A stretch of DNA of 63,556 nucleotides, counting the filler, from Octopus bimaculoides (taxonomy: Eukaryota): assembly GCF_001194135.2 (NCBI RefSeq). It is 8 parts of 8 records of this genome, joined end to end, with 100 filler letters (N's around TTAATTAATTAA, not from the genome) between each part and the next. Parts side by side here need not be neighbours in the genome. Positions count along the whole stretch, not along the records: positions 1 to 24,440 come from NC_068984.1; positions 24,541 to 31,578 come from NC_068983.1; 6 more parts are not named here. One strand, written 5' to 3'. Below the pieces are notes generated by a model, which saw only the letters and a program-made list of their open reading frames with translations, was not told the origin of the DNA and made no database searches. Positions within the stretch are counted from its first letter, which is position 1, and each line of letters starts with the position of its first letter. Made by a program: the position numbers and the translations under genes. Shown here in pieces: positions 12,614 to 28,942 of the stretch.

Positions 12614-13059
12614 CAAATAAAATGTTGAATATATTCATGCTGTGTTGCAGTGTATAGTCCGTTCTGTCTTCAAAAACAAATTTTTGTCTGTACAATTTTT
12701 GAACAACATAGTTTTAAAATAAAAGAAAAGATTTTTTTATTTGAAGGCTGTATGGGTGGACTGTGTATTTTAACATAAGGTCTGATGACTGCCAACTGTT
12801 TAAAAGTGAAGAGTGGCAAGTGGATAAAAAACATTGTTTAGTAGGATCTGTAAGAGAAGCCTGGATTAGTAAGGTGCTCAAATAGAAATTTAGGGATCAG
12901 TACTTTTCACAGGAAATATTAGTGGTGGATAGGACCCTAAATGGCTGAATTGTTCATCATACTGGATACTGGATGGTTTCCATGTTGAAGCTCCTGTGAG
13001 CTTGTTCACAGGTCCTTTTACACTAGTACAATTAATTTGTCATGTGTGGTACAACACTT

Positions 13060-13912
13060 TGACAGTTGTAGCTAATAGTAACAGACAGGGTCAAATTTTG
13101 CAGGAAGCTCCCTCCAGTGTGCATCAAGCCTGTTCTTGAAGGCATTGACTGATGGAGCTGCGACCATACTGTTTGGCAGACTGTTCCAGGTGGCGGTCAC
13201 ACACTGTATGAAAAAGCAGCTTCTAATGTTGAGCCTGCTGTGTGATCTTTCCAATTTCAGGCTGTGTCCTCTCGTATTTCTGCCTTGGAAGTAGTTGAAT
13301 TAAGAGTAGTTGGTCAGGTACAGGCCGTGCGTATACTTATACATGTCGATCATATCAGCCAAGCGCTCTGGGTATGGCTTTTCTTTCAAGGATGCAATGA
13401 GTTTGGAGGCACACCTCTGAACATCCTCCAACTCACAACACATTGCCTTATGCCGGGGTTGCCAAACTGTGTGTCCATATTCAAGAATTGGGTGAACTTG
13501 AGACTTGCACAGCTGGGCGAAGACAACAGGGGTGATGAAGTCAAATGATCATCGGATGACTCCAAGGATTCAATTTACTTTTGCAGTTGCTTGGTTTATG
13601 TGGTTCCTGAAGGTCAGCCCTTTGTCGATGAAGACGCCAAGATCCCCCTCCACCTCACTTTCTGCTAGCTCCACCACAGTCCATTCCCCCTGTGCATCCT
13701 GGCCTCTCGTATTTCCTGTCCGTCTTCAGATTTCCCACTTTCAAGATGGAACACTTCTCAGGATGGAACCGCATTTGTCAGTTCGTCGACCACTCGTGAA
13801 GGCGATCCAGGTCTTCTTGCAGCGTTGCCATGGTCTCATCGTCATTCCTTGCAAAAATCTTTGTGTCATCAGCAAATAACCTGACGTGGCTCTGGACATG
13901 CTGAGGCAGATC
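13060..13912 (-). mobile_element. CR1-clade LINE, 5'-truncated (RT C-terminal half and 3' end)
   Basis: Minus-strand translation gives DLPQHVQSHVRLFADDTK, FHPEKCSIL, DLGVFID, HPILEYGHTVWQP, RGHSLKL and WNSLPNSMVAAPSVNAFKNRLD. Confidence 0.92.
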
Positions 13913-15334
13913 TTTTATATACAAGTGTAGTGGTTTGGAGTTTCTTAACAGTAAAAAGTTCTTCCAACCAGCTATATCATATTATATAATATGTTGATAG
14001 TTTCACTACTGAATGAAAAGGTTTATCTTTTAATGTGTGACAACAAAACTGGCAATCTCTACTATTTCAAATTGTTAAAAATTAGTCATTTTCTTTATTG
14101 TGTTTATTTCTTTGAAGATTAAAATAATTGGCAGACTTGATCAAATACAATAATTATTTACATGGTTGCAGATGTGGTGGTAGGGTAAGAAGATTGCTTC
14201 CCAACCATATAGTTCCAGGTTCAGTCTCACTGAGTGACACCTTGAGGATGTCTTCCACTAAAACCCCAGGCTGACCAAAGCCTTGTAAGAGGATTTGGTA
14301 GATGGAAACTGAAAGAAGCCAGTCTTATATGTATGTGTTATTGTCTCCTGGCTGTGATAATTGTGAGTGAATGTCACTATCATGCAAGCAGTATCCTTCA
14401 TTTCCAATCTCTTGGGTGTAATTTTACATGATTTAAAATTCTTTTTGACATAATGCATTAAATATGTTAGCCCACATTCAGAAAGTTATAGATGAATAAT
14501 TGCTCTTACAATAGTTACTAGAGGATAAGCAATGAATTTGAGAGAATAACTTTAGTGTTAGAGCTCAGTCCTTTATTCCATTACCATAATTCTGGAGGTG
14601 ATAATACAAAGACTAGAGAGAATCAAAGATGGCTTTTAGATGATTGTAGGTCCATCAGAATTGAAAATATTACAAACATATCCTATTCTATCTTCAGACT
14701 TTCAATATGCTGATAACCTAATTCACATTAGTTGAAGAGTTGTTGAAAATGTTCCAGGCTTGGAAGAATGATTGATAGTTAAATGGCCTTAAGGTCAATA
14801 TGGAAAAAAATAAAGTATTAATTAGTGGTTGGACACAATTTTGCTTGATATGTAGCAAGGGAGAAAGTAGGATGTGATAACTCTCTACCAGACATGGGCA
14901 ACTTTTTCCAAAAGCAGGCTTCATGAGATGTGGCTCCTCATCAGGTGAGCTTCACTACTTCGTTAACTTTTCATTAGGCTTGCCATCAGAAGGTCCTGTG
15001 GACTGCAGAGTGCCCATGACTGCTTTATATGCTATGTCAGCATTGAGTACTCTATAATGCAGTAGGATTTCTGGTGTTAAAGAACCAGAACTTCTGTTGT
15101 AATAAATGTTGGGAAATGAGGTTCATAATTTGTGTGGATAGTTTGTTGGATATAGATTGCTTGTTTGCTCTGATGAATGAAAGTGTAATGCCTGGAGTAA
15201 GAACTGCATGGAAGAAATTAACTCTATATGCAAAAGAATGTAGGAGTATGGTACTATAGGAGTAAGATATTGACATCAAATACAGATCTGTGGAGCTAGA
15301 GAAAAACGAATTTCATATGATTTGATTGCTATAT

Positions 15335-15724
15335 TAGTGGAGGCGCAATGGCCCAGTGGTTAGGGCAGCAGACTTGTGGTTGTAGGATCGCGGTTTTGAT
15401 TCTCAGACTGGGCGATGTGAGTGTTTATTGAGCGAAAACACCTAAAGCTCCACGAGACTCAGGCAGGGGATGGTGGCAAATCCTGCTGTAATCTTTCACC
15501 ACAACTTTCTCTTACTCTTTCTTCCTGTTTCTGTTGTGCCTGTAATTCAAAGGGTCAGCCTTGTCACACTGTGTCACGCTGAATATCCCCGAGAACTACG
15601 TTAAGGGTACATGTGTCTGTGGAGTGCTCAGCCACTTGCACGTTAATTTCACGAGCAGGCTGTTCCATTGATTGGATCAACTGGAACCCTCGACGTCGTA
15701 AGTGACAGTGCCAACAACAACAAC
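15335..15724 (+). mobile_element. tRNA-derived SINE, family 2, with (AAC)n tail
   Basis: Head GGCGCAATGGCCCAGTGGTTAGGG, (CAA)n tail and an 11-bp TSD GATTGCTATAT (15324-15334, 15725-15735). Confidence 0.92.
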
Positions 15725-16496
15725 GATTGCTATATGTTAATTTACATGAAAGGCAGGACACAAGTGAACAGAGGGAGAGATGCTAAGTATTAATGACAAG
15801 GTGATATAGATGAGTGTTGAAGAGTAATACGGGCATGTAAAGTCAAGTCATCATGAGTGATGGATAAAAATTGTATATTGACAAAGATGTTTATGTGAAT
15901 CATGGCCAGTGCTTCACATGAGATGCTACAGAAACCGAATGAAACTGCATTACAAATCAATCTGACTTATGCCAACATGGAATAAATCATTAGTTTTAAT
16001 AGAGGTAAGGGTTTTATTTACGATAAGAGTTTTTTTGCAAAAATAACAGAATTATTTCAAACTGATTTTCATTCACTATTTGAGTAAATTAAAATATTTC
16101 TGAAATTTTAACTTTTTTCATTTTTATTTACATTTTGTCAACCCAAGGCTATAGAAGAACGCATTTGCCCAAGGTGCTATACATTGAAACTGAACTTCGA
16201 ACTATGTGGTTAGGAAGCCAGCTTCCTACCACACACTGCCATGCTTACTGCTTGACAACCACTGCTGATGTGTTTACATCCCCTTAACTTAGCAGCTTGC
16301 CAAATGAGTCTGATAGAATAAGTATCAAGTTTTAAAAAAAATAAATACTGGGGTTGATAAATTTGACTAAAAATTCTCCAAGCTGGTGCCTCAGCATGGC
16401 CACAGCTTAATGACTGATACAAGAAGAAGGTAAAAGTGTATTTGTAAATTGTTGTTATGTCCCATGTCAGCATTCATCAAGACATATATCACTTGT

Positions 16497-16700
16497 TGAA
16501 AGGCGGTGAACTGGCAGAAATGTTAGCACGCCGGGCGAAATGCTTAGAGGTATTTCATCTGCTACTACATTCTGAGTTCAAATTCTGCCGAGGTCAACTT
16601 TGGCTTTCATCCTTTCGGGGGTCGATATGATCGACTTAATCTGTTTGTCTGTCCTTGTTTGTCTCCTCTGTGTGTAGCCCCTTGTGGACAGTAAAGAAAT
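16497..16700 (+). mobile_element. SINE family 3; minus-strand copies at about 30126-30300 and 60690-60860
   Basis: Head AAGGCGGTGAACTGGCAGAAATGTTAGCACGCCGGGCGAAATGC...GAGTTCAAATTC, with homologous copies in reverse orientation elsewhere in the window. Confidence 0.8.
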
Positions 16701-17614
16701 AATATATCACTAGTTGATTATCTGTGATCGACAGATGCATTGTTCAGTCGGTAGTCCTGAATGTAATAGTGGTTGTGTGCTGTTGGAAGTGGTGGGATGT
16801 AATGCAGTAGCCTTTCTTAATGGTTGTATGACAGGTTTCCTAGAATCTGTTGAACTGACATCTATCCAAGGCAGCGTGCAGTGTTATTTATTATTTTTGA
16901 AGATGGTAGGGCTTTGCAAGAGATTTTACAGTTTCTAGGAAGTCTCATGGCCACATAGAAGTCTGTCATTGACCTAAGTATATCTAAGTCTGTCAGGTCT
17001 GTGCACAAATGCATAGTATTATACATGTTGAAATATTTTTTTCCTGCTTTTATTAATTGCTATTTTTACATCTTTTTCTCTAATTAACTCTATAGATTTA
17101 ACATACTGGTAGATTCCTTCCTGAAGTCTTTTAATCATTCTTTAAATTTCTGATCAGAATGGCATCATTTGACTGGTTTTAAGAAATGCTTGCTGCAGAT
17201 TTGCACTACAGAATTCTAATTTTACTCCATAGAAACAGCAATATGTACAATAGAATTACTTAGATACTTACTGATTTTGTCAGTCAGTACTCCTGAAATA
17301 TGACTTATTTCAAATGCAATGATACAGATTTTAGTATTGTATCAGAATGTTCATTTACTAACCAGTAAGTCTTCCCATAATGAGGGACTTATTTCTTTTA
17401 AAGTTATAACTGGTTATTATTTATAGGAACAGTTTGCAAAACGTTTTTAAAATGACTGGAAAACACTCCCCAGTGATAACAGAATTTATTTAGGTCAAGT
17501 GAACAAGATTTTTTTTAAAGCAGGGCTTTAGTAAATGCAAATGAAGACTGTGTATGATTTAAGTGTATTGTGTTAACAATTATAACAATTTTCCTTTACT
17601 GCTTTTTTCTTCAG

Positions 17615-17698
17615 GTAAGGGAGGTAAAAACAGAAGGCGAGGTAAAAACGAAAGTGAGGATGTGAAAAGAGAACTTGTTTTCAAAGAAGATGGTCAAG
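17615..17698 (+). CDS. EIF1A: eIF1A coding exon 2 ([29 protein letters not shown])
   Basis: Polypyrimidine tract and CAG acceptor, 84 nt, GTAAGC donor. The peptide is near-identical to the conserved eIF1A N-terminal tail. Confidence 0.98.
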
Positions 17699-18730
17699 GT
17701 AAGCAATTTATCTATGTATTTCAGAGCTCCATTACTTCTTAAATACTCTGTTTAATAGGAAAAGAAAATAATGCTAAAGAAAGCTGTGAAAATGTTTCAC
17801 TATTTAAATAATTCAGTTGTTTGTTTTTTTTCACAAATGTATTTCAATATTAAACATATTTTTAATATTGCTACCATTTTAATCCCTTTCTTTCCTACAC
17901 CATTATAGATTGTAAGAACCATCTTGCTTGGGATTCTGGGTGTATAACCAGTGTTTATCATTGGCCATTGATGTAAAAAATATAAATTTAAAAAAAAGAT
18001 GTTAAACTAATCCATGCTGGTGGAACTAGGTGTGGTTTGAAATGCAACATTTTGAAATGATATCCTACCGGCAAGTGATAATGGGAAGACAAAGATTTAA
18101 CTGAATGACTATTTGTGTGTTTGTTCCTACCAGTATGTAATTGATATTTTATCCATTCAAGACATGTCTTGAAGTAGAGTAATATAGAAAATAAATAAAT
18201 CTGCTTCAAGATAAGGTGGTCAACTGTTTCTAGACCTCACTGGATAATTAGTATTTTTCAACATAGTCATTGCCTACCAACTGACTGGTACCAATGAAAT
18301 TTTAAGTTATATTACACTGTTGTCAAAAGAAATTGTTCTATAAACAAAAATTGGTTTACACAAAGGTAATACTACTTATCTATTCTGCATGTTTAACAAG
18401 TATTTTCCCTCTGTGGAATTATTATACATAAAGTATATTTATCATTCCTACAAATTAATTTTGGTCTTATAACCACAAATTTTCAATATGTAATTAAACA
18501 TTTCATGTGGTATGTGAATATTTGGTGAATTTTAGCAGAGCAATGTAATACTGGGATCTTAGATATTATGTACACATAATACATGTGCTTACATGTGAAA
18601 TACTTTGTGTACTTTGATATTTGACTGGCTGCATATGAAGATAGGTGAGAAATATGTATGTGAGTTGAAAAGTTTATTTTGAATATGACAGAGAGTTAGT
18701 TATATGGCTGTGAATTATAACAGCTACATA

Positions 18731-18773
<43 letters not shown>

Positions 18774-19546
18774 NNNNNNNNNNNNNNNNNNNNNNNNNNN
18801 NNNNNNNNNNNNNNNNNNNNNNNNNNNNNNNNNNNNNNNNNNNNNNNNNNNNNNNNNNNNNNNNNNNNNNNNNNNNNNNNNNNNNNNNNNNNNNNNNNNN
18901 NNNNNNNNNNNNNNNNNNNNNNNNNNNNNNNNNNNNNNNNNNNNNNNNNNNNNNNNNNNNNNNNNNNNNNNNNNNNNNNNNNNNNNNNNNNNNNNNNNNN
19001 NNNNNNNNNNNNNNNNNNNNNNNNNNNNNNNNNNNNNNNNNNNNNNNNNNNNNNNNNNNNNNNNNNNNNNNNNNNNNNNNNNNNNNNNNNNNNNNNNNNN
19101 NNNNNNNNNNNNNNNNNNNNNNNNNNNNNNNNNNNNNNNNNNNNNNNNNNNNNNNNNNNNNNNNNNNNNNNNNNNNNNNNNNNNNNNNNNNNNNNNNNNN
19201 NNNNNNNNNNNNNNNNNNNNNNNNNNNNNNNNNNNNNNNNNNNNNNNNNNNNNNNNNNNNNNNNNNNNNNNNNNNNNNNNNNNNNNNNNNNNNNNNNNNN
19301 NNNNNNNNNNNNNNNNNNNNNNNNNNNNNNNNNNNNNNNNNNNNNNNNNNNNNNNNNNNNNNNNNNNNNNNNNNNNNNNNNNNNNNNNNNNNNNNNNNNN
19401 NNNNNNNNNNNNNNNNNNNNNNNNNNNNNNNNNNNNNNNNNNNNNNNNNNNNNNNNNNNNNNNNNNNNNNNNNNNNNNNNNNNNNNNNNNNNNNNNNNNN
19501 NNNNNNNNNNNNNNNNNNNNNNNNNNNNNNNNNNNNNNNNNNNNNN

Positions 19547-21304
19547 CGATATTTAACGGTAAAGTGACGTAGCTCAGGTTCGACTTCCTCTTCTTCGTCT
19601 TTCTTTTGCTGCTCGTGAAGCTCTTTCAAATCCTCATTAGTCAGGGGCTGCTTGTCTTTTTCAAATAAATCTGTGAAATCCTCCTCCAAATCCATTTCCA
19701 GTTCTTTGCTTGTAGTCACTACCGTTTTGTTGATGGCAACATTATCAAACCTCTTAAAATCATTCACGAATTGCAGGCATAGCTTCTTCCCTACACCATT
19801 CATAGCTGTGCTCTGTACATCATTCCATGCCGCTGCTATGTTCTGTTCAGCCTTGTAGATATCGTGTCATCAAGATCAGTTGCAGTTATTGCTTGCTGCA
19901 GTGTATGCTTCAACGCTTGAAGATAGCAATTATTCCCTGGCTGCAGAAGAGATGTCATGTTCGGATGGAGGTATACGATGATAACATTGGGATCAAAATC
20001 CACGATGCTTGCAGGTGGCCAGGAGCATTATCTTCTCTGCTGCTGGGATAAAAACAACAGTAACCCATGCTTTTGAATTAGCTATCCATATAACAGGGAG
20101 AGATGCCTTGGGTATGTTCTACAGGGCACGGGGGTTATGTACAGGATACACAAGCAATGGCTTCTGCACAATTACCTCCCAACATAATGGTCACATGTTC
20201 TTTTGAGACCTTGTAGCCTGGAATAGTTTTCTCCTTGGAAATGAATGAATTGTCTGGCAATTTTTTCCAATCCTGTTTTGTCTATGTTAAAAATCTATTT
20301 GGGAAGAAGCCCGTTTTCTTTGATGATTTTCTTTAATGCATTAGGAAATTCTGCTGCTGCTTGTTTGTCAGCTGATGCACTTTCACTTTGCTTTTTAACG
20401 AAGTGGTAACTTCTTCGCTCCTTAAATCTCATGAACCATCATTGACTTGCCTTGAACTCTTTCTCCCCTGGATATTTTTCCTTCAGGTCCTCAAAGATTC
20501 AACCTGACAATCGAAAAAGAAAGAATACTTTCCATTTCTTCAAAGATTTTGCCTCTTGTTGATGACAGTATTCTTCATCACTGGGGCTTCAGATTTGAAA
20601 TGTGCTAAAATCTTGTCCTTACTATGTACATCATCATCATCATCATCGTTTAACGTCCGCTTTCCATGCTAGCATGGGTTGGACGATTTGACTGAGGACT
20701 GGTGAAACCGGATGGCAACACCAGGCTCCAATCTAATTTGGCAGAGTTTCTACAGCTGGATGCCCTTCCTAACGTCGATATAGTTGTCTGACTCATCCCA
20801 AAAGATCGTGTAATTGCTACCACTTTTTCACCTTTTTCATTGCGTTTTATAATAGCCAGTTTATCTTCCAGTGTTATAGCATGACACTTAGCACTTTCAC
20901 TACAAATTTTCTTAGGAGACAGGGGGGCAAAAAATAAGTTGTAAGTGAATGAGAATGAGATAGTAGCTGATAAACAGACATAAACAAATCTGAATTCAAA
21001 ACAATCGTGGGAATCACGATGACAACGACACCTAACATTGGAACTACAGTGCAATATGAGCTCTGAAAGGCTGATAAATAAGACAACAAGGCTGATTTCA
21101 TGATTTCATTCACTAAGCCACACTACTTTATGGTGTGTATCTTAACATTTACTGTATTTATTTTGATATGATTGTATATGCTTTTATTACTTGTACAGTA
21201 ACATGATTTTGTGTTTTTAACGGTTTTCTAGTGATTTTGTGATTCCAACATTTGTGGTGGACAGGCGTAAAGTCAAGTAAAATGACTTAAGCTGGGTATG
21301 CCTG
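19547..21304 (-). mobile_element. Tigger/pogo transposon (psq-HTH, CENP-B HTH, DDE_1), degenerate; the other end is lost in a gap
   Basis: 5' TIR CAGGCATACCC with flanking TA at 21305-21306. Minus-strand peptides include ITLEDKLAIIKRNEKGEK, FKASQWWFMRFK, FNIDKTG, LPVMWIANSKAWVT, DNAPGH, PNMTSLLQP and MNGVGKKLCLQFVNDF. Confidence 0.9.
20631..20774 (-). mobile_element. Short retroposon 3' end with (GAT)n tail, probably RTE-derived, inserted into the Tigger HTH; near-identical copy at 24251-24440, older copies at about 54610-54756 and 63050-63175
   Basis: It interrupts the Tigger frame after MSQTTIST. The sequence CGTTTAACGTCCGCTTTCCATGCTAGCATGGG...GGATGCCCTTCCTAACG recurs. Confidence 0.85.
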
Positions 21305-22138
21305 TATGTATGTATTATGTGTGTGTGTGTGTGTATATATATATATAGATAGATGCACACATACACAAGAAAACTTACCTGTGAGTTTTGTACTGAATGT
21401 ATTGCAAAACTACAGATGTAACATGAAAGGTTAACTCTGGCAACACTGATAATCTCGCTTGCAACTGTCATTAGAAACTTGAAGAGTTAACTTTCATGTT
21501 GCATTTGTATTTTTGCAATGTATTCATTACAACACTTACAGGTATGTTTTCTTTTTTGTACCATTCATTTTGAATTACTCTGTGTGTGTGAATTTGAAAA
21601 TAACCTTTAGATGTGGTACTTTGGCCTTAGAAATAAAAAGATCTAAATTAGAAATATATTCTTTTCTTTATTGAGACTAGAATATTTGTTTCTTGACCAG
21701 AAATGCATCAGTTGATTAAGTAAAAATTAACCTTTTAGCATTCAGATTATGTTGAATGCAATGTTTATTTAGTCACCTTGTTTTGAATTAATCATGCATT
21801 ATCGTGTAGATTTGAGATTTCAGTGATATGATTGTTTATCAAGAGGAAAGTTTTTGATTGAAGAGCTATAAAACGTAGAAAAAATGTTCTTAATTGTAGT
21901 CAGTTTAAAAGATTTCTCTCATTGCTATGTTAAACATGTTGTTTCCCCACATCAACTGCAAATCTGAGTGTAGCAGTCTTTTCATTGATATCCAATTATC
22001 ATGCTTGGGAAATTGATCCAAGTTAATTATAAAGTACCTAAGTTCTAATTATTATTTTAGCTGTTATGTATCCATGTTTTTCCTGCATATATGTGGTTTT
22101 AAGTAAAGCAATTGGATTTAAAAAAAATTTTTTTTTAG

Positions 22139-22242
22139 AATATGCACAAGTTGCCAAAATGCTTGGAAATGGTCGATTAGAAGCCATTTGTTTTGATGGA
22201 AACCGGCGTTTGTGTCACATCAGAGGAAAATTGAGAAAAAAA
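22139..22242 (+). CDS. EIF1A: eIF1A coding exon 3 ([35 protein letters not shown])
   Basis: TTTTTTAG acceptor, 104 nt, GTGAGT donor. Encodes the OB-fold motif MLGNGRL...[10 protein letters not shown]. Confidence 0.98.
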
Positions 22243-22444
22243 GTGAGTTTCAAAAACTATTTTTGTTCTTTTTGTTTATATTCAACAGGATTAAAATTTA
22301 GTTTTGCAAATAGAAATTATAAATACACTTGTAACTTTTTGTTCTTGTAATGTTGTTCAATTAGCCAGTGATTTCAGGTTTATTTAATCTGCATGAAATT
22401 GTAAAAATATTAAATGCATTGAGCATTACATATCAAATGTAATT

Positions 22445-22925
22445 AAGTGAGTGAGTTAGTTTGGTTGTCCTTTTGGATGCTTCAATGACTTCAGTTGAGC
22501 ATGCTATCCATCATGGTTCCCCATGCATGTTGTTAATTTGTCATCATTTGCCATTTCACTGCCCTGTAGCAAGTTATCCACATAGGTTAGACGTTTTCTT
22601 CCCCTAATGATTTTTCCTTCAACTGACTGCACCCTAGAACCTGTGTGTCAACTGGTCTCAGTTGAGACAGATTCCTTTTGATGCCTGACACACATGACCA
22701 GCAGTTCTCATTCTTCTCTGCTGAATCTTCTCAGTCACTTTGGGTAGATCTTGATAAAGCTGCTCATTGATTAAATGAGCTCTCCATGTAACGTTCTGGA
22801 GTTCTAAAATGGCATACAAATTGAAAATTAGGTTGTCTCCACAGAGTCAGTTTTGTTATTTGGTGCCGAAACTTGGACCCTCACCAAAAAGCTTGAAAAA
22901 CAAATGAAAAGTGGCTACACAAGAA
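22445..22925. mobile_element. RTE-like LINE 3' fragment with an inverted 5' segment
   Basis: The minus strand from about 22805 down gives QNVTWRAHLINEQLYQDLPKVTEKIQQRRMRTAGH...GRKRLTYVD. The plus strand at about 22815-22925 gives KLKIRL..ESVLLFGAETWTLTKKLEKQMKSGYTR. Confidence 0.8.
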
Positions 22926-23479
22926 AATATATAAAGTTTCATATATCTTGCTGGTGTGTCACTCCACTCCAGAGAAGCCAAGTATTGGTCTGTTTTCAAT
23001 CTTTAACAAACTTTTTGATGTCCCCTGTATTGGAATTTTTCTCTTGGTTTTCAATTTTATTACAACAATATTCCAGTCTATGAAATGAAAATTGACTAGG
23101 GTCAGCGGAATAATTAAGCCATTGGACAAAATGCTTTGCTGTGTTGAATACAGCACTCAACATCTCAGTTCAAATCCCATTTGTGTTGGCTTTGCCTTTT
23201 GTCTTTTCAGTCTTGATAAAATCATTACCAGCCAGGTTCTGTGTTATTGTAATCAATTATGGGATGGCAGGCGCTGCTTGGTCCAATATTGTTTAATGGT
23301 AGAGTCCTTTGGACATTGCATTTAAAGCATGTCCAGAAATGGGCTTTTTTTTTTTTTTTTTTTTTAAATCTTTAACTCATTCTTCTTTCTAAATAAAAAA
23401 TTTACGTCAAATTATATTGAATATTTACAAGAGATTTTCTTTAAAATTATTGTATTTCTTTTTATTTAACCATTTGTAG

Positions 23480-23612
23480 GTGTGGATTAATGCTGGAGAT
23501 ATTATATTATTGGGTTTACGAGAATATCAAGATGCAAAAGCAGATGTTATTCTTAAATACACACCAGATGAAGCTAGAAATTTAAGAGCTTATGGAGAGT
23601 TACCCGATTCAG
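23480..23612 (+). CDS. EIF1A: eIF1A coding exon 4 ([44 protein letters not shown]-)
   Basis: TTTGTAG acceptor, 133 nt, phase-1 GTAATA donor. Conserved eIF1A sequence. Confidence 0.98.
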
Positions 23613-23720
23613 GTAATATCTTTAACATATATATCAGTATCATCATCATATATAAATGTGTGTGTATGTGTGTATTTTTGAATTATCACTAGTGTTAAGG
23701 TGTTGTTGAAATGTTAACAG

Positions 23721-23800
23721 AAACTAAAGCAGATGGACCAAGTACAAGTGAGAGTATGGATACAAAGAATTTTGTAATTAAAAATTTGTATCAAAGATAA
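23721..23800 (+). CDS. Candidate non-canonical terminal exon of eIF1A (ETKADGPSTSESMDTKNFVIKNLYQR*)
   Basis: AG at 23719-23720, in frame with exon 4, stop at 23798-23800 and AATAAA at about 23869. The polypyrimidine tract is weak and there is no similarity to the canonical acidic tail. Confidence 0.25.
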
Positions 23801-24440
23801 TTTACATTTTACATTGTTTATAAAACAAGTAGGGTTCTGGTAGATATGATTGCATTGTATGTAATCAGAATAAATGATTGCACTAAACAAGGCAAGATTG
23901 ACTTGGTTTTGTCCCTTAAAAGGTAGAAAAATGAACAGCAGAGTACTGAGGTCAATATCGTTGACTTTTGAAAGCAATATTCCAACATAATTAAAAGATT
24001 TTGTTCTATCTTTTACAAGCTTCAGTCATTAGACTGTGACCATGCTGGGGCACCACCTTGAAGCGTATCAGTTGAGTGAACTGACCCCAGTACTTTTTTT
24101 TTTGAAGCCTGGTACTTGTTCTATCAGCCTCTTTTCCAAACCACTAAGTTATGGGGATATAAAGACATTAACACCACTTGTCAAGTGGCAGTGGTGGTGG
24201 GACAAACTCAGACACAAAGACATACGTGTATGTATGTATATATATATATATCATCATCATCATCATCATCGTTTAACGTCCGCTTTCCATGCTAGCATGG
24301 GTTGGACGATTTGACTGAGGACTGGTGAAACCGGATGGCAACACCAGGCTCCAGTCTGATTTGGCAGAGTTTCTACAGCTGGATGCCCTTCCTAACGCCA
24401 ACCACTCAGAGAGTGTAGTGGGTGCTTTTACGTGTCACCC

Positions 24441-24540
24441 NNNNNNNNNNNNNNNNNNNNNNNNNNNNNNNNNNNNNNNNNNNNTTAATTAATTAANNNN
24501 NNNNNNNNNNNNNNNNNNNNNNNNNNNNNNNNNNNNNNNN
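24441..24540. other. Assembly linker N44-TTAATTAATTAA-N44; same 12-mer at 31623, 42892, 45661, 52296, 54801 and 62261
   Basis: The identical 12-mer, which gives stops in all six frames, is centred in 100-bp N blocks seven times. Confidence 0.97.
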
Positions 24541-24599
<59 letters not shown>

Positions 24600-24747
24600 A
24601 CAAATGAGATCCAAAGATGCTCAGTATAGAAAACACTCCGAAATCTTCACTGAGGACTAAATCCGCACGGTAAAGAGTGGCTATAAGAGGAATCCAGGTA
24701 ACCAGATATGGAGACAATGATGCAAATAAACAAATAAAACAGCTTGG

Positions 24748-28896
<4,149 letters not shown>

Positions 28897-28942
28897 TTAC
28901 CGCCAGTAACATAACTACCCGGTACCGGCATGCCACTACTTA

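Noticed and set aside
15339-15410. tRNA-like sequences at SINE heads
   Set aside because: No complete cloverleaf. They continue into SINE bodies with tails and TSDs, so they are not called as tRNA genes.
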